A stretch of DNA of 64,000 nucleotides, taken from NCBI GenBank assembly GCA_037388885.1, contig JARRJS010000001.1, positions 10,300 to 74,299 of the forward strand, written 5' to 3'. The stretch is from Gemmatimonadota bacterium. GTDB lineage: Bacteria > Gemmatimonadota > Gemmatimonadetes > Longimicrobiales > RSA9. Made by a program: the position numbers and the translations under genes. Under the pieces are notes generated by a model that had not been told where the DNA came from, made no database searches, and saw only the letters and a program-made list of their open reading frames with translations. Below, in pieces: positions 8,140-18,100 of the stretch. Numbering within the stretch: the first letter of the stretch is position 1; each line of letters begins with the position of its first letter.

Positions 8140-9840
8140 ATGCGCAGAAGCATCTTCCTGTTGGTCGCAGTGGCAGTGACGGCCGCGTGCAGCAAGGACT
8201 CCACCGGCCCCAAGAGCACGCCGGTGATCAACTCGGTTGCGCCGGCCCAGGGCACGGCGGGCACGGAGGTCGCCATCTCGGGCAGCTCGTTCTCGGCCGG
8301 CGACGTGCAGGTCTTCTTCGACGACCTGCCTTCGCCTCGTGCGGTTCTTGAAGGCGGCACGCTTTACGCCCTGGCGCCTGAAGGCATCACGGAAGGCACC
8401 ACGTACGATGTCCGCGTCGTCAATGGCGACGGGGGGGAGGCTACGTTGACGGCCGCCTACGAAGCCGTGGCGCCAACGGCCGTCCGCATCAACGGCGTAT
8501 CACTGCCCACGGGCCTGCGCGGCATGACCATCATCATCGATGGCGATGCATTCGGCGACAGCCTGGCGCTGTCCGCGGGCAAGGTCTTCTTCACGGATGG
8601 CACCGGCTCGCCCGTCGAGGCGCCGGTCGTCGATACGGCCAACGACTGGACGGACAAGTTCATCGTGACGTCCGTACCGTCCGCCGCGGCGGACACGTCG
8701 TGGGTCTGGGTCCAGACGGCCACCGGCGTCAGTGACTCCATCCAGTTCCTGATCACTGCCCAGGGCAGCTTCAGCCCCAGCGCCATCAACTGGACGACGA
8801 CCACACCGCTGCCCCAACCGCTCCAGGGCCTGGGCGCGACGTTCGTGCCCGTCGAGAGCGGGCAGAGCCCGGCCAACTACGTGTTCGCCGTGGCCGGCGC
8901 GGACACCCAGAACGTGGCCACCGACGTGGCCTTCCGCGCCACCGTCGCGCAGACCGGCGCCCTGGGCGCGTGGACCGAGCTGCCCCCGCTGCCGGCGCCA
9001 CGCGCCTACCAGGCCACGGCGGCAGCCACGGCGTACACGGCCGCTCTGGACACCACGACAACGGGCGCCTACCTGTACGCCCTCGGCGGCGTGGACAGTA
9101 CGGGCGCGACCGTCAACACGGTGTATTACGCGCAGGTCGACCTCAACGGCGATGTCGGCAGCTGGGCGGAAACGACGCCTCTGCCGCAACCGCTGCATTC
9201 TTCGGGCGTCGTGCTCTTCCGCGGCTACCTGTACCTGGTGGGTGGTGCAGACTCCACGCACACGGCGGTCCCGGACGTCTACAGGATCCCGGTGAACACC
9301 GACGGAACGCTCGGCGCTTCCTGGGAACAGCTGGCCTCCCTGCCGGCACCCTCCGCCTACGGTTCGTTGGTGAGCTTCGGGCCGTACCTGTACGCCATCG
9401 GAGGTGACTCGGCCACGGTACTGCCCGTGACCGCTGCACAGTCGGGAACGGAGACGAGTGCCGTTTACCTCGCCCGCATCAACCTCCGCACGGGCAGCCT
9501 CACGGACGCCGGCTGGTCCGCCACGGCCGCCATGGGCAAGACGCGCAGCAAGCACAGCGCCATCTTCAGCGGCGGGTCGCTGCTGGTGACGTCCGGGTTG
9601 TACGCCGGGAACGCCGGCTCGAGCGAGAACACGTTCGCCCAGCTCCTGAACGACGGCACGCTCAACCCATGGCAGGGAGCCACGGGTGCGGAGACGATCG
9701 CCACCGAGCTCGGGTACTCGCTCTACAACCAGGCGGCGATCACGTTCATCGACAGCAATGGCATCGGGCACGTGCTCGTGCTCGGAGGCGCAAGGACAGA
9801 CATGGAAGGCACGCCATCGGCCAGCGTGGTTTACTACTGA
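8140..9840 (+). CDS. Lipoprotein with IPT/TIG-like domains and Kelch-type beta-propeller repeats
   Basis: Signal and lipobox MRRSIFLLVAVAVTAAC. VINSVAPAQGTAGTEVAISGSSF is IPT/TIG-like. The recurring LYALGG, LYLVGG, LYAIGG and VLVLGG motifs are Kelch-like. Confidence 0.7.
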   Translation: MRRSIFLLVAVAVTAACSKDSTGPKSTPVINSVAPAQGTAGTEVAISGSSFSAGDVQVFFDDLPSPRAVLEGGTLYALAPEGITEGTTYDVRVVNGDGGEATLTAAYEAVAPTAVRINGVSLPTGLRGMTIIIDGDAFGDSLALSAGKVFFTDGTGSPVEAPVVDTANDWTDKFIVTSVPSAAADTSWVWVQTATGVSDSIQFLITAQGSFSPSAINWTTTTPLPQPLQGLGATFVPVESGQSPANYVFAVAGADTQNVATDVAFRATVAQTGALGAWTELPPLPAPRAYQATAAATAYTAALDTTTTGAYLYALGGVDSTGATVNTVYYAQVDLNGDVGSWAETTPLPQPLHSSGVVLFRGYLYLVGGADSTHTAVPDVYRIPVNTDGTLGASWEQLASLPAPSAYGSLVSFGPYLYAIGGDSATVLPVTAAQSGTETSAVYLARINLRTGSLTDAGWSATAAMGKTRSKHSAIFSGGSLLVTSGLYAGNAGSSENTFAQLLNDGTLNPWQGATGAETIATELGYSLYNQAAITFIDSNGIGHVLVLGGARTDMEGTPSASVVYY

Positions 9841-9849
9841 TGATGCGAC

Positions 9850-9880
9850 GCCGGCGCCCCGGCTATACCGGGGCGCCGGC
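9850..9880. terminator. Perfect 13-bp GC hairpin between convergent genes
   Basis: gccggcgccccgg ctata ccggggcgccggc. There is no U-tract, so function as an intrinsic terminator is inferred. Confidence 0.5.
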
Positions 9881-9918
9881 GCATTGCCATGAGCCGGTCG
9901 TGGACAGAAGCGGCCGGG

Positions 9919-10656
9919 TCAGGGCGTTTCCACCCGCCAGCCACTGGGCATGCGGACCAGCCGCGCAGGTTCATCGCACGGCGCACCATCACACAGGCGT
10001 ACGCGCTTGAAGGCGAGGGTGTCGGGCGCCAGCCAGTGGGGGTCTTCCGCGCCCCAGGCGTCCGGCCGGACCTGCCACTCCAGACGCAGTCCGTCCGGCC
10101 CGACATGCCACACCTGGAGCACATTGGGCGTGTACTCGGCCACGAGATCGGCGTTGGCCACCGCCAACCGCTGGCTGTCAGGGGAAAGTACCGGGATGCC
10201 GAAGACCGGCTGGCGCCGACCGGTGTGGCGACTCACCAGCACATACTGGCTGCCCTCGTACATGTAGTGCGCCACCAGGTAGTACCCGATGCCCGCGTAG
10301 TACGCCCGGTACGTGTGGTAGCTCGCCTGGTCCGGAGTCGACTGAGCAGCGTCATCATCCACGAACGTGGCCGCGCTGTCGTTCGCCAGGGGCAGCACCA
10401 GCGAGTCGTTCGCGCGTCGAACGCCCGCCGGGGCACGCGGCAGCTCGTATGCCTCGATGGCGCGACCGCACTCGAGGGCGTTGTAGATCGTGTCGCACAG
10501 CCGGTCTACCGTGAGCGCGCTGCCACCGGCACCGCCCCCACCACTGCAGCCCCAGAGCAGAGACACAAGCAGAAGATGAACGGACGCCACCCACAACGGC
10601 CGGCGCCCGTCCAGAAGGCCTCCCCCCGTGCCCGGCCTTGCGGACCGGGGTGCCAC
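9919..10656 (-). CDS. Hypothetical lipoprotein
   Basis: The ORF carries lipobox LLWGCSGGGG. A GTG at 10656 lies 1 nt after the gcvH stop. The ORF's ATG at 10719 would overlap gcvH by 62 nt. The start is uncertain. Confidence 0.55.
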   Translation of the reverse strand: MAPRSARPGTGGGLLDGRRPLWVASVHLLLVSLLWGCSGGGGAGGSALTVDRLCDTIYNALECGRAIEAYELPRAPAGVRRANDSLVLPLANDSAATFVDDDAAQSTPDQASYHTYRAYYAGIGYYLVAHYMYEGSQYVLVSRHTGRRQPVFGIPVLSPDSQRLAVANADLVAEYTPNVLQVWHVGPDGLRLEWQVRPDAWGAEDPHWLAPDTLAFKRVRLCDGAPCDEPARLVRMPSGWRVETP

Positions 10657-10657
10657 G

Positions 10658-11041
10658 TTAGCCCAGATGCTCCTCGTACTCGCTCGGCCCGAGGAGTTGG
10701 TCCAGCTCGCTCTCATCATCGATCCGGATCCGGATCATCCAGCCCTTGCCGTACGGGTCGCTGTTCACCACCGCCGGGTCGTCTGCCAGCGCCCCGTTCA
10801 CTTCCACGACCTCGCCTCCTACTGGGCAGTACAGGTCGCTCACCGCCTTCACGGCTTCCACCGTGCCAAACGTGTCCATGCGCTTGAACGTGTCACCTTC
10901 ACCGGGCAGCTCGACGTACACGACATCGCCCAGCTCGCCCTGCGCATAATCCGTGACGCCGACGGCGTACACCCCGTCGCCCACCGGCTTCAGGTACTCA
11001 TGCTCTTCCGTATACATAAGATCCGTGGGGATCTCGGACAT
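10658..11041 (-). CDS. gcvH: Glycine cleavage system H protein
   Basis: 127 aa. GVTDYAQGELGDVVYVELP, and the lipoyl-lysine motif VEAVKAVSDLY. Confidence 0.95.
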   Translation of the reverse strand: MSEIPTDLMYTEEHEYLKPVGDGVYAVGVTDYAQGELGDVVYVELPGEGDTFKRMDTFGTVEAVKAVSDLYCPVGGEVVEVNGALADDPAVVNSDPYGKGWMIRIRIDDESELDQLLGPSEYEEHLG

Positions 11042-11139
11042 TTATCCCTCCGTGCGCGCTCCAGGTTCATACCACCGGCGCGGTCACTATAGACGGGCTC
11101 CCACGCGAGCGTCAAGGCACCGATCGCCCCGCAGTCGCC

Positions 11140-11358
11140 TCATTCCGCCTTCACTTCTTTCAACCGCGCCAGGATGTCCATCATCCGGCGCAATTCGCGC
11201 TCGATCACCTTCAACGACTCCTGCACCTCCGGATCGCTGGCCGCAGGTTCGTCCGCCAGCAGCTGGACGTTGCCCAGCGCCGCCGTCAGAGGACTGTTGA
11301 CGTCGTGGCGAACGGAGCGCACGAGATCCACCATCTCGCGGCACCGCGCTTCATCCAT
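11140..11358 (-). CDS. Stand-alone HisKA/DHp (histidine phosphoacceptor) domain mini-protein
   Basis: H-box RHDVNSPLTAALGNVQLL, followed by a second helix ESLKVIERELRRMMDILARL. No ATPase domain is present. The ATG at 11358 has GGAGAGG 6 nt upstream. An alternative ATG lies at 11373. Confidence 0.65.
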   Translation of the reverse strand: MDEARCREMVDLVRSVRHDVNSPLTAALGNVQLLADEPAASDPEVQESLKVIERELRRMMDILARLKEVKAE

Positions 11359-11493
11359 GGGCAACCTCTCCATCCTCTGGCCGTCGTTCTATTGCGGGCT
11401 TAGTATACGCCTCATGATGTGGAAGATACAACGGGGCGGATCGCGCCGCGCGAACCGCCCCGAATCGAACCCCACCGATCGGGAATTACGATC

Positions 11494-12654
11494 ATGTTGA
11501 CCGATATTCACCCATCGCCCCTCACGTCGCTCACGGAAGAAGAGCAGATGTTCCGCGACACGGTGCGCCAGTTCGCCGAAGAGCGCATCACGCCCCTTTC
11601 CCACGACATGGATCGGGACAGCAAGCTGGACCCGGACCTCGTGCGCGAGCTGTTCGAGCTCGGCCTCATGGGGATCGAGATCCCGGAGCAGCACGGCGGC
11701 GCGGGCGCGTCGTTCTTCAGCGCACTGCTCATCGTCGAGGAGCTTTCGCGCGTCGACCCGGGGGTGGCCGTGCTCGTAGACGTGCAGAACACGCTCGTCA
11801 ACAACGCCATCCTGCGCTTCGGCAACGACGACCAGAAACAGCGCTATTTCCCCCGCCTCGCCGGCGACACGGTCGGCGCCTATGCCCTGTCCGAGGCCGG
11901 ATCCGGCTCCGACGCCTTCGCCCTGGCAACGCGTGCCCGCCAGGACGGTGACGACTGGATCCTCGATGGCACCAAGCTCTGGATCACCAACGGCGGGGAG
12001 GCCGGCATCTTCATCGTCTTCGCCAACGCCGACCCGGAGAAGGGCTACCGCGGCATCACCGCCTTCATTGTGGAGCGTGACACGCCCGGCTTCACCATCG
12101 GCAAGAAGGAGGACAAGCTGGGCATCCGTGCCTCCTCCACCGTCGAGCTAATCTTCGAGAACTGCCGCGTTCCGGCCGCCAACGTCATGGGCGAGGTCGG
12201 CATCGGCTACAAGATCGCCATCGAGGTGCTGAACGAAGGTCGCATCGGCATCGGCGCCCAGATGGTCGGCCTGGGCCAGGGCGCCCTGGACCACACCGTC
12301 CGCTACGTCCAGGAACGGCAGCAGTTCGGCCGCCCCATCGGCGAATTCCAGGGCGTGCAGTTCCAGCTGGCGGATATGCGGACGCAGCTCGAGGCCGCCC
12401 GGCTCCTGGTTTACAACGCTGCGCGCGTCAAGGAGGCCGGCGAGACCTTCCTCATGGAAGCCGCCATGGCCAAGCTGTACGCCTCCCGCGTCGCCCAGCA
12501 CATCGCGTCCGAATGCGTAGACCTGTTCGGCGGCTACGGCTTCACCAAGGAATACCCCGTCGAGAAGCTTTACCGCGACGCCAAGATCGGCAGTATCTAC
12601 GAAGGCACCACGAACATGCAGCTCCAGACCATCGCCAAGAGCGTATTGCGCTGA
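11494..12654 (+). CDS. Acyl-CoA dehydrogenase (short/branched-chain type)
   Basis: 386 aa starting MLTDIHPSPL. Motifs GAYALSEAGSGSDA, KLWITNG, QFGRPIGEFQGVQF and YEGTTNMQ. Confidence 0.9.
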   Translation: MLTDIHPSPLTSLTEEEQMFRDTVRQFAEERITPLSHDMDRDSKLDPDLVRELFELGLMGIEIPEQHGGAGASFFSALLIVEELSRVDPGVAVLVDVQNTLVNNAILRFGNDDQKQRYFPRLAGDTVGAYALSEAGSGSDAFALATRARQDGDDWILDGTKLWITNGGEAGIFIVFANADPEKGYRGITAFIVERDTPGFTIGKKEDKLGIRASSTVELIFENCRVPAANVMGEVGIGYKIAIEVLNEGRIGIGAQMVGLGQGALDHTVRYVQERQQFGRPIGEFQGVQFQLADMRTQLEAARLLVYNAARVKEAGETFLMEAAMAKLYASRVAQHIASECVDLFGGYGFTKEYPVEKLYRDAKIGSIYEGTTNMQLQTIAKSVLR

Positions 12655-12730
12655 CGCACAACACATACGGAGACCAGAACGGAATCAGGGGCCGGGATTG
12701 GCGACCCGGCCTCGACGCAACCCGCTTCCC

Positions 12731-12796
12731 CCTTCGTGACTTCGTGTGACTCTCCTCTCGGGCCTTCGCGACTCCCCTTCGGTGCCTTCGTGTGAC
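12731..12796. repeat. Phased direct repeats CCTTCG(Y)G(TG)AC in the intergenic region between two acyl-CoA dehydrogenase genes
   Basis: ccttcgtgac (12731), ttcgtgtgac (12741), ccttcgcgac (12763), ccttcggtg (12775) and ccttcgtgtgac (12785). The three strongest copies are spaced about 22-24 nt apart. Confidence 0.8.
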
Positions 12797-12892
12797 GGTC
12801 CCCAAATTGCGACGCTTTCAGAGCGCAGGTAAATTTCCAGCGGTAGTCTTTCCGCACGTGGGACGCTATCGCGTCGTCAGGAGGGAACGATC

Positions 12893-14773
12893 ATGGCCAC
12901 CACAACCCACTCTCCCGACCAGCAGCCGGTCACGGAGAAGGACGCGCGCGAAGTCACCGAGGCCGCGCGCGAAAAGGAGTGGGTAAAGCCGAGCTTCGTG
13001 AAGGAGCTGTTCCTGGGCAGCTTGCGGATGGACCTGCTCCATCCGCTTCCGGACCCCGACCCGGACACGCGGGCGCGTGGCGAAGCGTTCATGGTGGATC
13101 TGGAGAAGTTCCTGCGGGAGGAGGTGGACGCGGACGAAATCGAGCGGACCGGACGCATCCCCGAGTCGGTGATGGAAGGCCTTCGCCGCCTCAATGCGTT
13201 CGGGATGAAGATCCCGCAGGAGTACGGCGGCCTGGAGCTGTCGCAGGTCATGTACGGCCGCGCCATCGGGTTGGCAAGCGCGTACAGTTCGCCGATTGGT
13301 GTCCTGCTGTCGGCGCACCAGTCCATCGGTGTGCCAACGCCGTTGAAGATGTTCGGCACGCCGGAGCAGAAGAAGAAGTACCTGCCGCGCTTCGCGGAAG
13401 GCCAGGTGTCGGCGTTCGCGCTCACCGAGGACGACGTGGGCTCGGACCCGGCGCGCATGAGCGCGACGGCCGATCCCACGGAAGACGGTGAGGCGTATAT
13501 CCTGAACGGCGAGAAGCTGTGGTGCACCAATGCGCCCATCGCCGACGTCCTGGTGGTCATGGCGCGCACGCCGCCGCCGCCCGGCAAGACGCGGCGCGGC
13601 ATCAGCGCGTTCATCGTGGAAGCGGCCTGGGAAGGCGTGGAAGCGGTGGACCGGCTGGAGTTCATGGGCCTGCGCGGCATCGAGAACGGCGTCATCCGGT
13701 TCACGAACGTCCGGGTGCCGAAGGAAAACGTCATCATGGGCGAGGGACGCGGGTTGAAGCTCGCGCTGACCACGCTGAACACGGGCCGCCTGACGATTCC
13801 CATGAGCTGCGCGACCGCGGGCAAGTGGTGCTTGCGTGTGGCTCGGGAATGGGCAGCAACACGCCAGCAATGGGGGGCCCCTGTCGGCAAGCACGACGCC
13901 GTGGCCCAGATGCTGGGCCGGATCGCCGCCAACACGTTCGCCATGGAGGCGGTGGCCGAAGTATCGTCCATGCTGGCGGATGCCGAGGGGTACGACATCC
14001 GGCTGGAGGCCGCCATCGCAAAGATGTGGAACTCGGAGACGGCGTGGCACGTCGTTGACGACACCATGCAGATCCGCGGCGGGCGCGGCTACGAGACATC
14101 GGACTCGCTGAAGAGCCGGGGTGAGCCGGGTATTGCGGTGGAGCGTGCAATGCGCGACTTGCGGATCAACATGATCTTCGAGGGCTCCAGCGAGATCATG
14201 CGCCTGTTCATCGCCCGCGAAGCGCTGGATCCGCACCTCCAGAAGGCCGGCAAATTCGTGGAATCAGAAGCGCCGTTGGGCGAGCGCGCCAAGGATGCCG
14301 TCGGCCTGTTCACTCACATGAGCGGTTGGTACGCCGGAAACATGACGGGCTGGAGTCGGTGGCCGCGTTTCGGCGATTTCGGGCCGCTCGCGGGCCACAT
14401 GCGTTACATGGATCGCCGCGCCCGCAAGCTGGCGCGCACGCTGGCTCAAGCCATGGCCCGCTTCGGACCGGCCCTCGAGAAACGCCAGGGCGTGCTGTTC
14501 CGCATGGTCGAGATCGGCGCCGAGCTGTTCGCCATGGCGGCGACGTGCGCGTTCGCCATGAAGAAGGTGGGCCAGGACGGCGCAGACCGCGGCCCCATCG
14601 AACTGGCCGACTTGTTCTGCCGGCTGTCGCGTCGCAAGATCGAGCACCGGTTCGACACGGTGTTCGACAACGACGACGTGCGCACGTACAAGGTCGCCCA
14701 GCATGTGCTGGAAGGGAAACACGCGTGGGCGGAGACAGGCATCATCGAGCCACCGTCGCCGTCGATCGGGTGA
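12893..14773 (+). CDS. Long acyl-CoA dehydrogenase family protein (about 620 aa, very-long-chain-ACAD-like architecture)
   Basis: AGGAGGG RBS. Motifs FALTEDDVGSDPA, KLWCTNA, QIRGGRGYE and FEGSSEIM, plus a C-terminal extension of about 180 aa. Confidence 0.85.
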   Translation: MATTTHSPDQQPVTEKDAREVTEAAREKEWVKPSFVKELFLGSLRMDLLHPLPDPDPDTRARGEAFMVDLEKFLREEVDADEIERTGRIPESVMEGLRRLNAFGMKIPQEYGGLELSQVMYGRAIGLASAYSSPIGVLLSAHQSIGVPTPLKMFGTPEQKKKYLPRFAEGQVSAFALTEDDVGSDPARMSATADPTEDGEAYILNGEKLWCTNAPIADVLVVMARTPPPPGKTRRGISAFIVEAAWEGVEAVDRLEFMGLRGIENGVIRFTNVRVPKENVIMGEGRGLKLALTTLNTGRLTIPMSCATAGKWCLRVAREWAATRQQWGAPVGKHDAVAQMLGRIAANTFAMEAVAEVSSMLADAEGYDIRLEAAIAKMWNSETAWHVVDDTMQIRGGRGYETSDSLKSRGEPGIAVERAMRDLRINMIFEGSSEIMRLFIAREALDPHLQKAGKFVESEAPLGERAKDAVGLFTHMSGWYAGNMTGWSRWPRFGDFGPLAGHMRYMDRRARKLARTLAQAMARFGPALEKRQGVLFRMVEIGAELFAMAATCAFAMKKVGQDGADRGPIELADLFCRLSRRKIEHRFDTVFDNDDVRTYKVAQHVLEGKHAWAETGIIEPPSPSIG

Positions 14774-15132
14774 GCCACTTCCGGCTCCGTCACGCCCTGG
14801 CTGCGGCGGTGGTCGGCGTCGCCATGGCTGGGGCGTGCTCCACGCACCCGGCGGACCAGGTGTCGACGAACGCGTACATCGACCGCAGACTCCGCGACCT
14901 TGCCGAAGCGCACCCGGACAGTATAGTAGGGGTGCTGATCCGGACGAGCGCGCCGCCGGACTCGACGTGGCGCGCGTCGCTGGTCGATGCCGGGCTGGCC
15001 GTCGGCACCGTCGCCGGCGACGTGGTGACAGGTCGGTTGCGAGCCGGCTCCGCGCTCAAGGTCGCGAGGCTCCCGTTCGTCGTGCACATCGAGTTGTCAC
15101 GAAAGATCCCGATCCTGGAGCATCCGTCGTAG
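14770..15132 (+). CDS. Small lipoprotein paralogous to the prodomain of the downstream S8 peptidase (inhibitor-I9-like)
   Basis: The GTG start overlaps the upstream TGA (GTGA). Signal and lipobox RLRHALAAAVVGVAMAGAC. IDRRLRDL...VGVLIRT...AGLAVGTVAGDVVTGRL...LPFVVHIELSRKIPIL aligns by eye with IDPALRSL...VGLFARI...AGAEIGTRVGDIVTARV...IRDLQAAHEIPVVL in the next gene. Confidence 0.6.
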   Translation: MSHFRLRHALAAAVVGVAMAGACSTHPADQVSTNAYIDRRLRDLAEAHPDSIVGVLIRTSAPPDSTWRASLVDAGLAVGTVAGDVVTGRLRAGSALKVARLPFVVHIELSRKIPILEHPS

Positions 15133-15179
15133 CGAGGCCTGCTCCTCCTTCCTCGCCGACTCACCATGGAGAGATTGCC

Positions 15180-18100
15180 GTGCTGCGCATCTTGCTACGC
15201 CCACGCTTGAGCCTGGCCGCGTTGGTGCTGCTGGCGGCGCCCCTGACGGCGCAGACCGGGCCCCATATCGACCCGGCGTTGCGCTCCCTGATGCGGCCGA
15301 CCACCCGCAATATCGTCATGGGCGCTGCGTTCGGTCCCGGCCAGCCCACCAGCAGTAGACCGTTTGCCGGCCTGCTCGCGCTGCAACGGGAAAGCGGTGT
15401 GGTGTGGGTTGGCCTGTTCGCCCGCATCACCAGTACCACCGCGCTGAACGACCTGCGGGCGGCGGGCGCGGAGATCGGCACGCGCGTAGGCGACATCGTG
15501 ACGGCGCGCGTGCCTGTTTCGGCGCTGCCGCAGCTCGCAACGTCGCGCCGGATCCGCGACCTTCAGGCGGCACACGAGATCCCGGTGGTCCTGGACTCCA
15601 GTCGCAAGGCCATCCGGGCCGACGAGGTGCGTGGCCGCGTCGACGGCACGTGGCTGGGCAGTGCGGGCCAGAACGTGATCGTCGGGCTTTATGACACGGG
15701 CATCGATTACGGGCACGACGACTTCCGGGACGCAAAGGGCCGCACACGCCTGCTCGGGCTCTGGGACCAGACCGTCACGGGTGCCGCTCTCCCGACGGGG
15801 TTCAATTACGGCTCGTATTGCGACACGACCGCCCTGAACGCGGGGACCTGCAACGAGCGAGACACGGCCGGTCACGGAACGCACGTGGCCGGCATTGCGG
15901 CTGGCGACGGCTCCGCCGGCGACACGCCCTACCGTTATTCGGGCATCGCGCCGGCGGCGGACATCCTGGCAGTGAAAGGCGGCAACGGCAGCTTCTCCGA
16001 CAACCGGATCGTGGACGGCGTCAGCTGGTTGATGCAGGAGGCGGATCGTCAGGGCGAGCCGATCGTGGTGATCCTGTCTCTGGGCGGCCAGTACGGGCCG
16101 CACGATGGTACGCTCCTGTTCGAACAAGCACTCACGAACCTCACCGGGCCGGGCAAGCTGCTGGTGGTCGCGTCCGGGAACGAGGGTTCCAACCTGCCGC
16201 CGCAGAACGAGCTGATCCATGCCATGGGACTGCCACAGGTAGGCGTTCCACGCTCCTTCACGTTCACCGTGCCATCGTATACGCCCAGCACCCAGCAGTG
16301 CGCCAACTCCATTGTGCTGGACATGTGGCACGATTTCGGTGACACGCTGCAGGTGCAGGTGGACCGGCCCGACGGCTCGTCGCTGACAATCAGCGCGCCG
16401 GCTGTGCCAGGGGCGGACAGTGCGGCCGACAACGCGTCCGGCGGTGATATCCTCATCCTGACCGACACCGCCCCGGACCCGGAGAACGGCGACAACGAGG
16501 TCTACATCGAAGTGAGTAACTGCCGGGGCCACAACCCGGCATCGGGCACATGGACCCTGCAGGTCACGCCCACCACCGCGTCGTCCGGCCGCTATTACCA
16601 CATGTGGCTGTACAGCAGTAACCTGGGGGGCCAGTCGGCCTACGGCGCGACGGGCTTCGACAATGCATACGTCGTCGGCGCGCCCGGCACGGCCACGGGC
16701 GCCATCACGGTGGGCGCGTACGCCACCCGCATGACCTGGCCCTCCGAGAACGGCAGCACGTACCAGTACAGCCAGACCCAGGCGATCGGCGAGCTGGCGG
16801 TTTTCTCATCCGGCGGGCCGCGGCGCGACGGCGTCCTCAAGCCGGAGATCGTCGCACCGGGCTTCGGCATCATCTCCACATTGTCGTCGACCGCCCAGAA
16901 CGTGCCCGTGCCGCTCATTGCACCCGACGGCAAGCATTGGATCCTCCAGGGCACTAGCATGGCCGCGCCTCACACGGCGGGCGTCGCCGCTCTCCTGCTC
17001 CAGTACAACCCATCGCTGACTGCCGCCGACGTCCGCAACATCTTCTCGAGCACCGCCGACCACGACATCTGGACGGGACGGACCTACTCCAATGCTCCGG
17101 GCACCGACAGCACGAGCTGGTGGGGGTACGGCAAGCTGGACGCCTACACGGCGTTGACGGATGTCACGAACCTCGCCAACCCTGCTCAGATCGCCATCCT
17201 GCCCGGCAGCGACACCATGGGCGTGACCGACACGCTGGCCCTGCGCGGCGTCGTGGCGACTGCCGCTGGCGATTCGGTGCCCGGTGCGCCCATCGCGTGG
17301 GCGTCGCGGAATCCCGCCGTCGCCACCGTGGACGCCAACGGCTCGGTTATAGGCGTCGCGGGAGGCAGCACCTATATCGTCGCCAGCTACTCCGGTTTGG
17401 CCGACAGCATGTTCGTGATGGTGATCCAGCCGTCCACGCTGATCGTGTCCGCCCAGGGCGTAGCCCCGCCGGAACGGTTGTCCAGCGAGGTGGGCACGAC
17501 GCTGCCGCTGGTGCGCATTGACTTGAAGGCGAATGGCAGCGAGGGCATTCGGGTCGAGCAACTCGGATTCACGGTCACCGGGCGGGACCCGGGCGCGACG
17601 CTGCTGCTGGTGGACGACGCCGCGCGAAACGGCGTGGTAGACCCGACGGACCGCATCGTCGCCGATAGCGTCGTGGCGCTCGCCGGCGACAGCGTGAACA
17701 TCAACCTCCAGATCAGCTCGTTCGTCGTGCCCGCGCAGGATTCGGTAGCGCTCATCGCCGCGCTGCGCATGAGCGGCTCGGCACCCAACGGCGCCACGTT
17801 CCAGATGACGTTCGTGCCTTCCGCTACGCAGAGCGTCGGCGTGCTGTCCGGCTCACGCAACCGCCAATCGGCGCCCGGCAACATCGTCGCCTCACCCGTC
17901 GCGTCCACGACGCTTCTACAACCGGGCGAAAGCTTCGCCATCAGTGAGAACCCGGTGAAGTCCGACGCCGGCCAGGTCATCTTCAACTTCGACCCCAACA
18001 CGCCGCCCAACCTCGCGGCCATCTACACGCTTGATGGGCGGCGCGTCGTGGATCTCATGCCCCTCATCGAAGGCGGGAGCCGGGCTGTCTGGCCATTGAC

